Shown: positions 35,100 through 46,655 of the stretch, piece after piece
Numbering within the stretch: position 1 is the first letter of the stretch
Layout: every line of letters starts with the position of its first letter
Source: Blastocladiella emersonii ATCC 22665
Lineage: Eukaryota; Fungi; Blastocladiomycota
NCBI GenBank assembly: GCA_025594325.1
Contig: JANHCV010000009.1
Span: 1,674,001 to 1,738,000, forward strand
DNA length: 64,000 nt
Reading direction: 5' to 3'
The notes under the pieces: generated by a model
The model's input: the letters and a program-made list of their open reading frames with translations, nothing else
The model's database searches: none
Told to the model about the DNA's origin: nothing
Translations under genes and position numbers: made by a program

Positions 35100-36906
35100 C
35101 ATCGCAAAACCTGCAGCACCGCTCTGGCCCGGATCTGAGCCAAACTGCGCTTCTGGGCCGGATCCGGCTCAGACGCGGGCGGCGGGGTGGGCGCGCGCGG
35201 AGGGGCTCGGGTGTCGGGGCGGGATCCGGCCCAGATGAGCCGTCTGGCTCAGATCCGGGCCAGATCTGGTTGCCGGGCCCAGATCCGGCCCAGACGGGGG
35301 ACTTGGCCGCGAGCCGCGGCGGGACGGTGAGACGCGGTGTCAAGTATCAAATGCATGTATTGATTGCTATGGGTCGATCCGCGGGGCGAGGGCGAGCGAG
35401 AGTAGTCGCCGCGCAACGTGGTCGCGATGCCCGCCGTGGGCGACGCCATACCCGCCCACCAGGGACAGGTGGACAGCGTGGGGACGCGGCAGCAGCGACC
35501 ACTGCGGCGGCGGCCACCGTGCGTAGCGGGCAGTTACATGGGAACTACTTTGGGCGTGGGCGGACCAGCGTTGGCGTGCGCGCGCGCGGGAAAGATTGCG
35601 GCGCGGCGGCGAGGCGTCGAGGCAGCGACGCGTCGAGCACGTGATTGGCGCGTTTGCGCGTTCGGCGGCGTGCTGCAGAGCGGCGGCGAAGAGGGGGCGC
35701 CCCTCGCCCCGCCCGCCCGCCCACTTCATTCGCCCCTCCCCTCTCTCGATGACGAGGGCGGCGAGAGCGACGCCAGTCCCCTTCGTCGTCCACGTTCGCC
35801 GACCCCGCCACCACCTCGGCCACCACCACCTCCGCCACTGCAGCAGCGGCCTCGTCGTATGCTCCCTTCGCTGCTGTCTCCGCGTCCGAGTGACTGACGC
35901 TGACGCTCATGCCATCGCTCCCACCTCCCAGCCCATCGCTCCGCTGCTGCAGGTGTCGGTGCCGGTGCGACACCGACCAGCGGGTCCGTGGTCGAGCCCC
36001 AAGTCGGCGCGGCACACGGGCTCACCTCGCCGGCCGCGGCCGTCGATGCTGCAGCTGCTGCTCAAGATCCAGCGGGCGTGGTCGACGGCGAGAGCGAGGC
36101 CAAGCTGCTCCAGTCGGCGGCGACCGAGGGTGGCGTCATCAAGGACGACGAGCGCACCGAGGACGAGGAGTCGGCGTGGACAGATGCCCAAGTCACGCAG
36201 GAGACGGACCCGACCGACAACGTCGAGAACGCGCCACCCGCGCCGCCCGCAACGCCCGCGACGCGGGCCAAGTCGGCGCGCGTGCGCAAGCCCAACGCCA
36301 AGCGCGCGGCGACGCTCACGGCGCTCGCCATCTCGGTGCCGCGCAAGACGAAGACCAAGGCCAAGAAGTAGGCCAAGGGCGCGCGCGCGCACGCGCTGTC
36401 GCACCGTGGGGTGGGGGCGGGCGGGCGGGCGGGCGGGCCGGCCGGCCGGCCGCCCAAGCGTGTTCCGATATGATGATATTGTATATATATATACCCGAAT
36501 GCTATACGGATGACGCCCCGACTGAGTCAGGATCTGAGCGCGACGTGGCCCGGATCCGGCGACGATACGGCCAGGATCTGACTGCGACGTGTGCCCGGAT
36601 CCGGCCACGATGCGAGCGGGATCGTGACACGATCGGTGCGCACTTCGCGGCAGCATCACGGCAGCCTCTGCCCCGGATCTGGGCGAGATCAGGGCAGGAT
36701 CACGACACGATCAGGGCCGGATCTGGGGTGGATACCGCCCCAACGCTGCCCCGACGCTGCCCCGACCCCGCCCGCGCCGCCCGCGCGGCGTCTGAGCCGG
36801 ATCCGGTCCGCATCAGGATAATATCACAGATCCGGCCCAGATGCTGCTTTCTGGCCGCGATCCGGCCGCGATCGGGCCCCGAACCGCTGCCGCAGGTTTT
36901 GCGATG
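35100..36906. mobile_element. Non-autonomous TIR DNA transposon (CMC/CACTA-like), 1,807 bp
   Basis: Perfect 15-bp TIR CATCGCAAAACCTGC, imperfect to about 30 bp. CA direct repeat on both flanks (2-bp TSD). Subterminal (G/A)GATC(C/T)GG arrays at about 35128-35290 and 36528-36875. Confidence 0.85.
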
Positions 36907-37315
36907 CAAGTAGTAGCGGTCGAGGGCGCGCCGTTGTGCAGCACCGCGCGGGCTGTGGCCTCAAGTCCAATAAGCACGCAATATACTACTATTCCGCATC
37001 GGCTTGTGTATCATTTAAAGGGAAGGTGGAGCTGCTGTGGTGAGGAGAACAGCAGGGACTGGGCGGTTCGGCGGAGCAGAGGTCACCGCCTAGGGCGCGT
37101 GGGTCATGTCGGCTCTCCCTCGCCTCCCTCCGCCGACTCGATTAATCCCCGCCCCGAGTGCTGCTCGGACTGCATGCAACATGTAATTCATTGTGAATCA
37201 ACACCATGTAACCACCAGTGATGACGGCGGGACGCTGACGAGTGCTTCTGCTCCTCGGGTAGTGGCCGCCGCCTCGGAACCACCCGTCACCGCCTCTGCT
37301 CCAACCATCGCCACC

Positions 37316-38263
37316 ATGTCGGGCGCATTTCGAACGTCCACCTTCGATCCGGCGCTGAACGTGGCCCAGCTCGTGTGCATGCAGTCGCTGTTCTACATCT
37401 CGGTGGCGGTGCTCGTCCTGTTTGGCGCCTTTGCGCGCGGGCAGGCCGTGACGCTCGACCTGATCCTCGCGTACGACGAGCTCGGCGCCGCGCGGCCAAC
37501 GGGCTGGGTCGTCGTCGTCGCCTACCTCCTGAACGCTGGTGCCATGTACGTGATGCGTGTGCCGCGCTCCGGCACGGGCCCGAATTGTCGCTGACGTTTC
37601 CGTTGGCGCCACGACTGTAGGAGTTTTGCTCTGGTCCCCATCGTGTCGCGCGCGCGCCTCGTGCTCGACTTTGCCTGCACGCTGCACGGGCTGCACCTGA
37701 TCGTGTCGTTCCTGTACAACGGGTGGCGGCTGCCGTCGGCGCTGTGGTGGGCGACCAACATCACGGCCGCCGCCATCACCGCCATTGGCGGCGAGAAGCT
37801 GTGCATGCGCCGCGAGCTCGAGCCCATCTCGGTCGGCGTCGGCCCGCGGAGCGGGACCGCGGCCGCGCGGCGAAAGTCGTCGACGGCGGGCAAGGCGCGC
37901 AACAAGGGTAAGGTCGGTGGGCCCAAGCCCAAGACGTCGCCCGCCGGCTCGATCGCATCCATCCTCGGCGGCAGCGCGTCGAACGTGAACGGCGGCGCCG
38001 GGAGCAGCAGCAGCAGCGGGGCCGCCAACGGGAAGTCGTCGGGCCGCGGTGCGTCAGGCGGCGACGCGTGGCCACTACAGCAGCTGTGGCGATCAGAGGC
38101 CGGATCCGCGGGAGGATCAGGCCTGAGCGGCGCGTCAGCAAGCGGGAGCGGCGGCAATGGCGGTGGCGGGGGCAAGGTCGAGCCTCCCATCTCGCCAAGC
38201 GCGGGATCGCCCATGGACGCGGCAACCTCCTCATCGTTCCTCTTGCCGTCAGGGCAGTCGTGA
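37316..38263 (+). CDS. SYS1: Golgi integral membrane protein SYS1, 2 exons
   Basis: FRTSTFDPALNVAQLVCMQSLFY...VSRARLVLDFACTLHGLHLIV...WW...GEKLCMRRELEPI. Intron 37546-37620 restores the frame. Confidence 0.9.
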
Positions 38264-38288
38264 TGGTGGCCAAGAATACAAACTCGTA

Positions 38289-38316
38289 CGATAGTCGATA
38301 GTCGATAGTCGATAGT
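38289..38316 (+). repeat. (CGATAGT)4 heptamer tandem repeat
   Basis: Four exact copies between SYS1 and the 7TM gene. Confidence 0.9.
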
Positions 38317-38516
38317 CACGGCGAGACTTGCAGCGGGAGACTGAACCCGCGCGACCATCGCTGGGAGACACTTGCATCCGCGCCTCGGGCGACGGCGCGG
38401 CCCGTCGTTATTCCGCGGCGCGCGCTCCTCCGCCCTCCGCCCACGCTATGGAAACTCATGAAGCTCAGCGACCAACGATTTGATGCAACGAACCGATCGC
38501 TGCGCCCACCGTCACC

Positions 38517-40604
38517 ATGACCGGCTCCGCCTCGCCAACGCCAACGCCAACGCCGACTTCGGCCTCGACGGACCTCACGGGCCCGCCGAACATGCTCTCG
38601 GACGGGATCCTCATGGCCGCGTTCGGGACCATGGCCATCACGCTGAGCAGCACGATCGGGACCCTCGTGGTGCTGGTGCCGCGCGCGCTGGCCACGCAGC
38701 ACATCCGGCCCATTCTCTTGATCATCATGGCCGTGATGCTGCTGCTCTGCGTCGTCAACAACCTGAGCATCCTCACGGCCATCCAGAGCGGTTCCGTGTC
38801 GATATTTCGGTACTACCTGGTCCACACGGCGACCTTTGTGCCGAGCGGGGCGCTGTACACGGTCGCCGTCTGCCACCGGACCGTCCTGCTAATCACGTCG
38901 CGCCCGCTGCGGCGGCGTCTCACTCACGCGCTGCACGTCGTGTGTTTCGTGCTCTACTTCGTCGACGTGGTCGCCATGTGGCTCGAGATCGCCAGTGTGC
39001 AGAGCTCCGGTTCGCTTGAGCGGTGGCTGCTGCACTACACGTTTCCCACGTACGGCCTCGTCGCCACGGCGCTGCTCCCGCTCATGACGGTCGGCTCGCT
39101 CGCGTGGTCGCTCAACCACGCGTTCCGCGGTGGCGGCGTCCCGCTTGCCGTCGCGCAGCAGCACTCGTCGGGGCCTAAGCCCGCCCTGGCCTCGACTGAC
39201 CACCACCGCCGCCAACACCAGTGGCCGCCGCAGCGCCCTGCTCAAGGCGACGCCAAGAAGGAGCAGGAGCGGCCGAATCGGTCCTCTGCTCTGTCTCTGA
39301 GAGGGGCGCCGGGAGCTGCTCCCGCGCCGGTACCCCCAAAACCGGTCGCCGCTGCCGCACCGGTGCCCTCAGAACCAGCCGCACTGGTCGAGTTGTTGCT
39401 CCCGGCAGGCGCCACGTCGTCCTCGGCGAGCACCAAGGCGCAGAGCCACCGCGACGCGGCACCCCCACCGACGGCCGCGTCGACGCTGCTCGAGCACCAC
39501 GATACGGGTCTCGCGCCAGCACCAACCCCGATAGGGACCATTGCGCGGACATCGGTGCTCGGCTCGGCGCAGACCATGAGCGTGGCTCCTGCAACGCCCG
39601 CACCGAGTTCTCCAAGCAAGGACACGAGCAAACCGAGCTCCCCAAGCAGGGACACGAGCAGGGGCGCGACCACACGGTCCACGTCGGCGCTCCCGCGCAG
39701 TCCCTCGGCAAAGGAGAAGGCGGCGCGGTCGACGCCGGCGCTCCCGCGGGTGACGATCCCGCTCGCGGCGGCGGGCCACTCGACGGGCCGACTACCGAGC
39801 GGCAGCAAGAGCCATTCAACGCGCAAGCTGCACGCGTCCATGTCGCGGCTGGTGATTGCGAGCGCCGGTGCGCTCCCGCGGGCCGTGTCGTCGCGGCTGC
39901 ACTCGCCCACGTCGCCTCCCCCGCCGCCGCTGCGGCCCGCGCAGCGGTCGCTGTCGCGAGCGTACTGGCGGCTGACGCTGGCCGAGATCGTGGTGTGGGG
40001 CGTGTTCCTGCTGCTGTTCCTGATCCCAACGCCGGCGGCGACGGCGTGGCTCAAGGCGAGCATCAACACGGTGATGCCGGCGCTCGGGATCGTGATCGAG
40101 GCGTCGCTCGAGTGGGTGTACCGGCACGAGCACTCAAAGCTAGTGGGTGCCAAGAAGCCCAAGCGCGCCACCACCACCGAGACGGACGCGCGGCAGGCGG
40201 CGACGTCGACCATGTCCTCGTCCGAGTACCAGACATCGGCCGAGGACGAGCCGCCGTCCAGCGCCGCGAGCTCAAGCGCGGGCGGCGGCGGCGATGGCGA
40301 CTCGGATGGCGAGGCGAGCTCGGCCATGACGTCCTCGTCGCGGCACCGGTCGCAGCAGCACCGGCGCAAGAGCTCGGCGCGGCCGCCGCCGCCATCGGGG
40401 CTCAAGCGGCAGCGGCGGTCGTGGTGGGACGCGATGATCGGGTGGACGACGTCGACGGGAGGCGGCGACGACCCGGCGGCCATGACCGCGAGCGCAACGG
40501 CGCGGCAGGCCGCCGGGGGCTCCGGGCCCGCGCTGCAGACCTTTGCGCCGTCGGGGTCCACACCACGGCCCGCGGGCGGGGCGGGCGGCGTGAGCAAACC
40601 GTGA
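38517..40604 (+). CDS. Orphan 7TM GPCR-like membrane protein with long low-complexity ICL3
   Basis: Five N-terminal hydrophobic helices, then a Pro/Ser/Ala loop of about 270 aa, then two helices (WRLTLAEIVVWGVFLLLFLIP; ASINTVMPALGIVIEASL) and a Ser-rich tail. Intronless. Confidence 0.6.
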   Translation: MTGSASPTPTPTPTSASTDLTGPPNMLSDGILMAAFGTMAITLSSTIGTLVVLVPRALATQHIRPILLIIMAVMLLLCVVNNLSILTAIQSGSVSIFRYYLVHTATFVPSGALYTVAVCHRTVLLITSRPLRRRLTHALHVVCFVLYFVDVVAMWLEIASVQSSGSLERWLLHYTFPTYGLVATALLPLMTVGSLAWSLNHAFRGGGVPLAVAQQHSSGPKPALASTDHHRRQHQWPPQRPAQGDAKKEQERPNRSSALSLRGAPGAAPAPVPPKPVAAAAPVPSEPAALVELLLPAGATSSSASTKAQSHRDAAPPPTAASTLLEHHDTGLAPAPTPIGTIARTSVLGSAQTMSVAPATPAPSSPSKDTSKPSSPSRDTSRGATTRSTSALPRSPSAKEKAARSTPALPRVTIPLAAAGHSTGRLPSGSKSHSTRKLHASMSRLVIASAGALPRAVSSRLHSPTSPPPPPLRPAQRSLSRAYWRLTLAEIVVWGVFLLLFLIPTPAATAWLKASINTVMPALGIVIEASLEWVYRHEHSKLVGAKKPKRATTTETDARQAATSTMSSSEYQTSAEDEPPSSAASSSAGGGGDGDSDGEASSAMTSSSRHRSQQHRRKSSARPPPPSGLKRQRRSWWDAMIGWTTSTGGGDDPAAMTASATARQAAGGSGPALQTFAPSGSTPRPAGGAGGVSKP

Positions 40605-41005
40605 TGTATCGCGATGGGCGGGAGTGATGGGAAATGAATGGATGGGGGGTTTTGCTGAGCGCACGCGCCGAGGCCCCGGAAACGTCCGACACGCCCCGAC
40701 GACATGAAGCGAGAAGAGGCGCGGCGCGGTCGCGTGGGCCCGGCCCGGCGGACCGGCTCGCGCGCTCGGGCGCTGCCGACCCCGCGCGCCCCCAACACGC
40801 TTCCTCCCCCGTTGCCGGTTGCCCCGCTCGTGCGAGCCGCGAGCACTATAAAGAGGGCCGTCTGCCCGCACCTGGGCGTCCGCTCCCTCCCTCCTCTCGC
40901 TAGACCTCGAGGTAAGAAGATGCACCAACATCATGCAATGCAATGCAACGCAAACCGACTAACCGTCCCTGTCCCCGTCGCGTAGTTGATCCCACACCCA
41001 CCACC

Positions 41006-42066
41006 ATGTCGTCGGCCCACCTCCTCCGCCGTACCATGGCGACCGCTGCCGCCGCCGGCGCCAAGCAGGTGCGCCTCGCTCCTCCCGCAACCGTCCCCTG
41101 GACGCGCACGCTAACCCTCCCCGGTCCGCGTAGCCCGTGATCGGCTTCATCGGCCTCGGCCAGATGGGCGCCCCCATGTCGGGCCACCTCTTCGCCAAGA
41201 CCGAGGGGGCGCGCGCCAAGTTCATCGTGCACGACGTGGTCTCGTCGTCTGTCGACGCCTTCAAGGCCGCCCACCCGGGCGCCGTCTCGGCCCCCACCCC
41301 CGCCGACGTGGCCGCCGAGGCCGACGTCATCTTCACCATGGTCCCGACTTCGGCCCACGTCCAGGAGGTCTACCTCGGCGCCCGCGGCATCGTGCAGACG
41401 GTCAAGCGCGGCTCGCTCCTCGTCGACTCGTCCACCATTGCCCCCGCCATGTCGCAGCACGTCGCCAAGTCGCTCATCGAGCCCAAGGGCGTCGAGGTCA
41501 TTGACGCCCCCGTCTCGGGCGGCATCCTCGGCGCGCACAACGCCACCCTCACCTTCATGGTCGGCGGGCCCAAGCCCTCGCTCGACCGCGTCACCCCGTT
41601 CCTCAACCACATGGGCAAGAACATCTTCCACTGCGGCACCGACGTCGGCACCGGCCAGGTTGCCAAGATCTGCAACAACATGATCCTCGGCACCACCATG
41701 GTCGCCGTCTCCGAGGGCCTCAACCTCGGCGTCAAGCTCGGCATGGACCCCAAGCTGCTCTCGCAGATCGTCAACGTCAGCACCGGCCGCTGCTGGTCCT
41801 CGGACACCTACAACCCCGTCCCCGGCGTCATGGACGGCGTCCCCAGCGCCCGCAACTACGACGGCGGCTTCGGCATCACCCTGCTCCAGAAGGACATGGG
41901 CCTCGCCCTCGCCGCCGCCGAGTCCGTCAAGGCCCCCGTCCCGCTCGCCGCCTCGGCCGACCAGCTCTACAAGACCATCATGGCCACCCCGGGCCTCGAG
42001 AAGAAGGACTTTTCCGTCGTCTACGAGTGGCTCGCCGGCCTCTTCATGCGCCACATGCGCAAGTAA
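41006..42066 (+). CDS. HIBADH: 3-hydroxyisobutyrate dehydrogenase, mitochondrial, 2 exons
   Basis: Presequence MSSAHLLRRTMAT, Rossmann motif IGFIGLGQMG, DAPVSGG, LTFMVGG, catalytic KICNNM, NYDGGF and KDFS. Intron about 41070-41133. Confidence 0.95.
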
Positions 42067-42453
42067 CCGCTCTCGTTAGCCCCGCTGCCCGTTGCCGGCA
42101 GCATCAAGTTTTGTGTTGTGAAAGAGCTGTCGATTGTAATACCACCTATTTCGCGCGAAGGCTCGTCTTACCCTCAAGTGCAGCGCTCGACCAAGACGCG
42201 TCGCGCCACCACGTGCGTGTTGGTCGTCGCCCGCAAGCCGCAATGCGGCTTGAACCGTACCGAAAGGTCGCATCAGGTCGGATATGTCATGTTCGACCTC
42301 CAGTGGAGGATTCTATCCGTCATGGTCGAGCTATGAGCCGACCTTGCTTGGGAGCCGACTGAAGGGACAGGGCAGGTGCGCGAGGATGAAAACTATATTG
42401 CGAGTTGGTACAGTCCTCGGACACCCAGGTCCTGGGCACAGGAGCTCGACGAC

Positions 42454-44507
42454 TTAGGGCTCGAGGCGAGTGGGGTCGCGGGGGAACAGCGACGTGCGGC
42501 GGATGTTGAACAGGTTGAGGTAGAGCATGACAACGCGCTCGAGGCCGAGACCGCCACCAGCGTGCGGGGGCACGCCGTACTTGAAGGCATCAATGTAGCC
42601 CTGGATGGTCGAGGGCTCGACGCCGTGCTCGCGGGCGCGCTCCTCGAGCAGCTCGGGGTCGTGCACACGCTGGGCGCCCGACAGGATCTCCTCGCCGCGC
42701 ATGAAGAAGTCGTACGAGTTCGAGTACATCTATGAGGGAGGGTCAGGGTCAGGGTGTCAGTAACTACGTCATGACTAGTGAGGCTAAACCCACGCAGACG
42801 CACCTTTTCCTCGGGGTTCGGCATCGTGTAGAAGGGGCGGACGACGAGCGGGAACTTGTCGAGCATGAAGAAGTCGGTGCCGTACTTCTCCTTGACGAGC
42901 TTGCCGAGGCGGCGCTCCTTCTCCGTGTTGAGGTCCTCGTCGTCGGCAATCTCGACGCCGTCGGCGCGGAGCATGGCAACGGCCTCGGGGTACGTGAGGC
43001 GCAGCGACTTCTTGAGGAACTGGAAGGGCTCGAACGGGTACTGGCGGTTGATGATCTCGAGCTCGCGCGCGTAGCGGGACTCGAGGCCCTCGAACATGTG
43101 GACAAAGAGCTCGTCGAAGAGGTCGAGCACCTCGTGGTAGTGCTCGTTGAAGGCCATCTCGAGATCGAGGCCGGTGAACTCGGTCATGTGGCGGTGCGTG
43201 TTGGCGTTCTCGGCGCGGAACACGGGGCCGATCTCGAAGACGCGGTCAAAGTCGGCGCAGATCATCATCTGCTTGTAGAACTGCGGCGACTGGGCGAGGT
43301 AGGCCTTGGACTTGAAGTAGCTGACCTCGAAGACGCTCGCGCCGCCCTCGGACGCGGCGCCGAGCAGCTTGGGCGAGTGGATCTCGTTGAAGCCGCGCGC
43401 GTACAGGAACTCGCGGAACAGCTGGCACACGCCCGACTGGATGCGGAAGATGGCCTGGTTGGTCTGGGTGCGCAGGTCGATGACGCGGTTGTTGAGGCGC
43501 GTGTCGAGGTTCACGCGCACGTACTTGGCGTCGGTGTCCTCGAAATCGGTCTCGGGGCGCGACGCGTCCTCGAGGCTGAAGGGCAGGCGCTCGGCCGACG
43601 TCGACTCGACAAAGACCGAGTGGACGCGGAGCTCGGCGTCCTGCACGGTGCACGACTTGACGGGCTCGGGCGACTTGACGATGGTCGCCTCGATGAGGAC
43701 GAGGGACTCGGAGTTGATGCTACAGGTGCGGTCGGGGCAAGAGGTTAGATGACTCTTCGGAAGCACAGCGTAGGCGAGGGTGCTACGGACCCAGTGGCAA
43801 ACTTGACCATGTGCTTGCTGATGACCGTGTCGACGGTCAGGACAGCCTGGATGGTGTCGAAGCGCTGGCGCAGCTGGAAGAAGCAGAGCTTGTTGCCCTG
43901 GGCGCGCGACGTGTGGACACGGGCGCGGAGCTTGATGCGCTCGCCCTCGCGGTCCGGGGTGATGTCCGAGATGGACTCGCGGGTCTCGCCGGTGCGCTGG
44001 GTCGACTGGTTCACGGGCAGGACGCCGTAGAGGTGGGTGGCGTAGTCCTGGGCGCAAAGAGACCAGTGTAAGTGACGATGCGCGATATTGGGGGAGAGCG
44101 AGATCACAGCGTACCACATCAGCGGCCTCGCGCGCAGCCTTCTCGGCAGCCTAGAAGAGCGGTGTCGGGAGCGAGTCAGTTGACTGCGCTTCGACTTCGA
44201 GCGGCGGAGAGCCGCAGATCCCCAAACCCAGCGAGCCGAGGCAGACGCACCAGACGCGCGGCCGTCTCGGCCTTGCGGCGCTCCTTCTCCTGCTCCTTGC
44301 GGAGCTTGGCGAGGGCCTTCTTCGAGAGGGGCTTGCCGTTCTCGCTACACGCGAAGAGCAACAGACGCTTCAGTGGTCATCGCGGCGTGGAGGAGCGGTG
44401 CCGAGCGCCGGGCGCCAACTAGGCTCCACGCGATCGCCCAACGCAACGTACTCGAGGACGACCTCCTCCATCTTCTCGGTGACGTTCTGCACGGCGGAGT
44501 CGGACAT
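42454..44507 (-). CDS. DPS1: Cytoplasmic aspartyl-tRNA synthetase, about 6 exons
   Basis: [13 protein letters not shown] fold, motif 1 [18 protein letters not shown], motif 2 [15 protein letters not shown], motif 3 [13 protein letters not shown], and [11 protein letters not shown]-terminus. Confidence 0.97.
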
Positions 44508-44728
44508 GTTGCGTCGAGTGCACCTAGTGCGGTTCGGGATTCAGCGCTTCCGCGGGGAGAGTGAGATGGCGGGCGGAGCGGGGGCGGTCGCGAGGGCGGA
44601 GCGGGGTCGCGCTGTTTGGAGCCTTCGCTTGATCGGCGCTCCGCCACGTGCGGCGTGACTGTCTCCTCGCGCTTCTCTGCTCTCCCGCTCATCAACGCGC
44701 TGCTTATCGCTGTGTTAACGTTTATAGA

Positions 44729-45550
44729 TCAGACATGCGCGAGGCTGGACCAAAGCTCGCTGGTCTCCTTGAGCCGGTCCGCTTGGAGGCGCGCCTCCGA
44801 GGCGGGCTGCCGAGATGTATGCGCCGCCGCCGCCGCCGACAGGTTGGCATGGGTGGTACTCGCTTCCAGATCTCGGAGGATGGCCTGGGTCGCGTCGAGC
44901 GAGGCGCGGATCCGCGAGGCGGTCAGGCGCCCATCGAACACCAGCTTCTGCTGCATGAGGAGGAGCGTCTCGAGCGCCTGATGCGTCCGGTAGTCGCCAA
45001 CGAGCCGCATCGCCTCGAGGAGACAGTGCTGCACCTGCTCCATTGCTGCACCGGCCGCTCCCGTCGACGGTTGCGAGGAAAGCGCATCCAGGAGCGAGAT
45101 GTAGTGCTTTGCGGCGCGGTAGACGAGCGTCTTGATTGCTCCTCGGCGGTCGGGTCGGGCGCCCTCCGAGCTGGGCGCAGAAGCGAGCGATGGAGAAGCG
45201 TCGTCGTCGGACTCGGTCGAGAAGGCCTCGCCGAACATGGTGTAGGCGCCCTGGATCGGCGGCGGCGGGTCGAGGTTGAACGACGACGGCACGGGCACCG
45301 AGGCAGCGCCGCTCGCGTCCAGCGCGGCGAGGTCGTGCCCGTCTGCCTCGAGCCGCTTGCGCTCGGCGTGCAGCTGCAAACTGTCGTCCGTGTAGCGCTC
45401 AAACCACGGCGGCGGAAGCGGGAACAGACTCCCTGCGACCGCGGCACCGCGAGCTGCTGCTGCGCCGGTGTCGCCTGCACCACCGCGGGAGGATGCTGCG
45501 GCTCCCGCTCCAGCCCCAGGCGCAGGCGAATCCAACGTCATGGAGGCCAT
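44729..45550 (-). CDS. MED7: Mediator subunit 7
   Basis: SLFPLPPPWFERYT, PPPPIQGAYTMFGE, HYISLLDAL and LVGDYRTHQALETL match the MED7 pattern. Confidence 0.82.
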   Translation of the reverse strand: MASMTLDSPAPGAGAGAAASSRGGAGDTGAAAARGAAVAGSLFPLPPPWFERYTDDSLQLHAERKRLEADGHDLAALDASGAASVPVPSSFNLDPPPPIQGAYTMFGEAFSTESDDDASPSLASAPSSEGARPDRRGAIKTLVYRAAKHYISLLDALSSQPSTGAAGAAMEQVQHCLLEAMRLVGDYRTHQALETLLLMQQKLVFDGRLTASRIRASLDATQAILRDLEASTTHANLSAAAAAHTSRQPASEARLQADRLKETSELWSSLAHV

Positions 45551-45749
45551 CGTCGACTGTTGCGATAAGTTAAGTTAGGTGATGAGATATATGGGCGCCG
45601 TGGGCTGCTGAAGAGGGAGAGCGCGTCTCGAAAGTGCAAGTCGTCAGACAGGCAAGGGAGTTCAACGCTGGTTCGTGGTACACACACGAACGTTACGAGT
45701 GCTACGGTAGAATGGTATTGAAGTTTACAGAGGACGACGACGACTCGAC

Positions 45750-46412
45750 TCAGGCGGACTCGCCCTGCTGATCGACAGCAAAGGCTGCGCGGGCGCGGAC
45801 CCACTCCTCGGCCCACGAGCTGAGCTGCTCGACGTTGCTCTCCATCTCGTCAACCGTGTTGGACTGGAGCTCGACGACAATGTCCTCCTTGTACGACCCG
45901 CGCGCGTCCTCGAGGATCACCTGCATGATCTCGGCCGTCACGTTCTCCTCGAGCTTCTTCTGGTTGTACTTGCGGGCCTCGAGCCGGCGGAACAGCTCGC
46001 CGTTGTCGGTGCGCAGCACGACGATCAGGTCGAACCACCGCTCCGGGAAGAAGTCGACCGTGTGGAAGTCCACAATGTTGCCGCCCGCCGTCATGATGTC
46101 CTCGAGCTCGTCGCACAGCTATGCGGCACTGCATTGTCAGTAGCGAGCCGGGGTAGCGCGATCCGGGGCACAACGGACCTTGTCCTCGTCGACAATGTGG
46201 CACTCGTACTCGGGGTCCCACCCCTCGTGGAGCGACTTCTCGCGCACCAGGTCGCCAATGTTGATGTGGGTGAGCGACGTGGCCATGGCCAGCAGCTCGG
46301 ACGTGGTCGTCTTGCCCGTGCCGGGCGTTCCGGTGACGAGGATGTTGGGCAGGCGGCGCGACGGCGCGCCCGACGCCGGCGTCGAGGATCCCTCAGAGCT
46401 TCCAGTGTCCAT
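45750..46412 (-). CDS. FAP7: Adenylate kinase 6 / Fap7, 2 exons
   Basis: PNILVTGTPGTGKTT, VDFHTVDFFPERWFD, LEARKYNQKKLEENVTAEI. Intron about 46119-46178. Confidence 0.95.
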
Positions 46413-46655
46413 GGTTCAAGTTATGTTGCGTGTACTTGGGTGGGCGAGAGGTGACGGCTGCCGCTGCAAGTGTGGCGCATCGCGGCGTCCGCAAAGCTCG
46501 CGGGGTGCGTCTTACTCACGTGGGCGCGTGTGACACGTAGCGAGGAGCTCGAAGACGCGACTGGTGGAAGCGGCGACGAGGGCGGGACGGAATAAAATGC
46601 GCTCATGATACACGGCGTACACTACCAAAAGCGCGGGGAGCTCGTAGCGGCTCGA

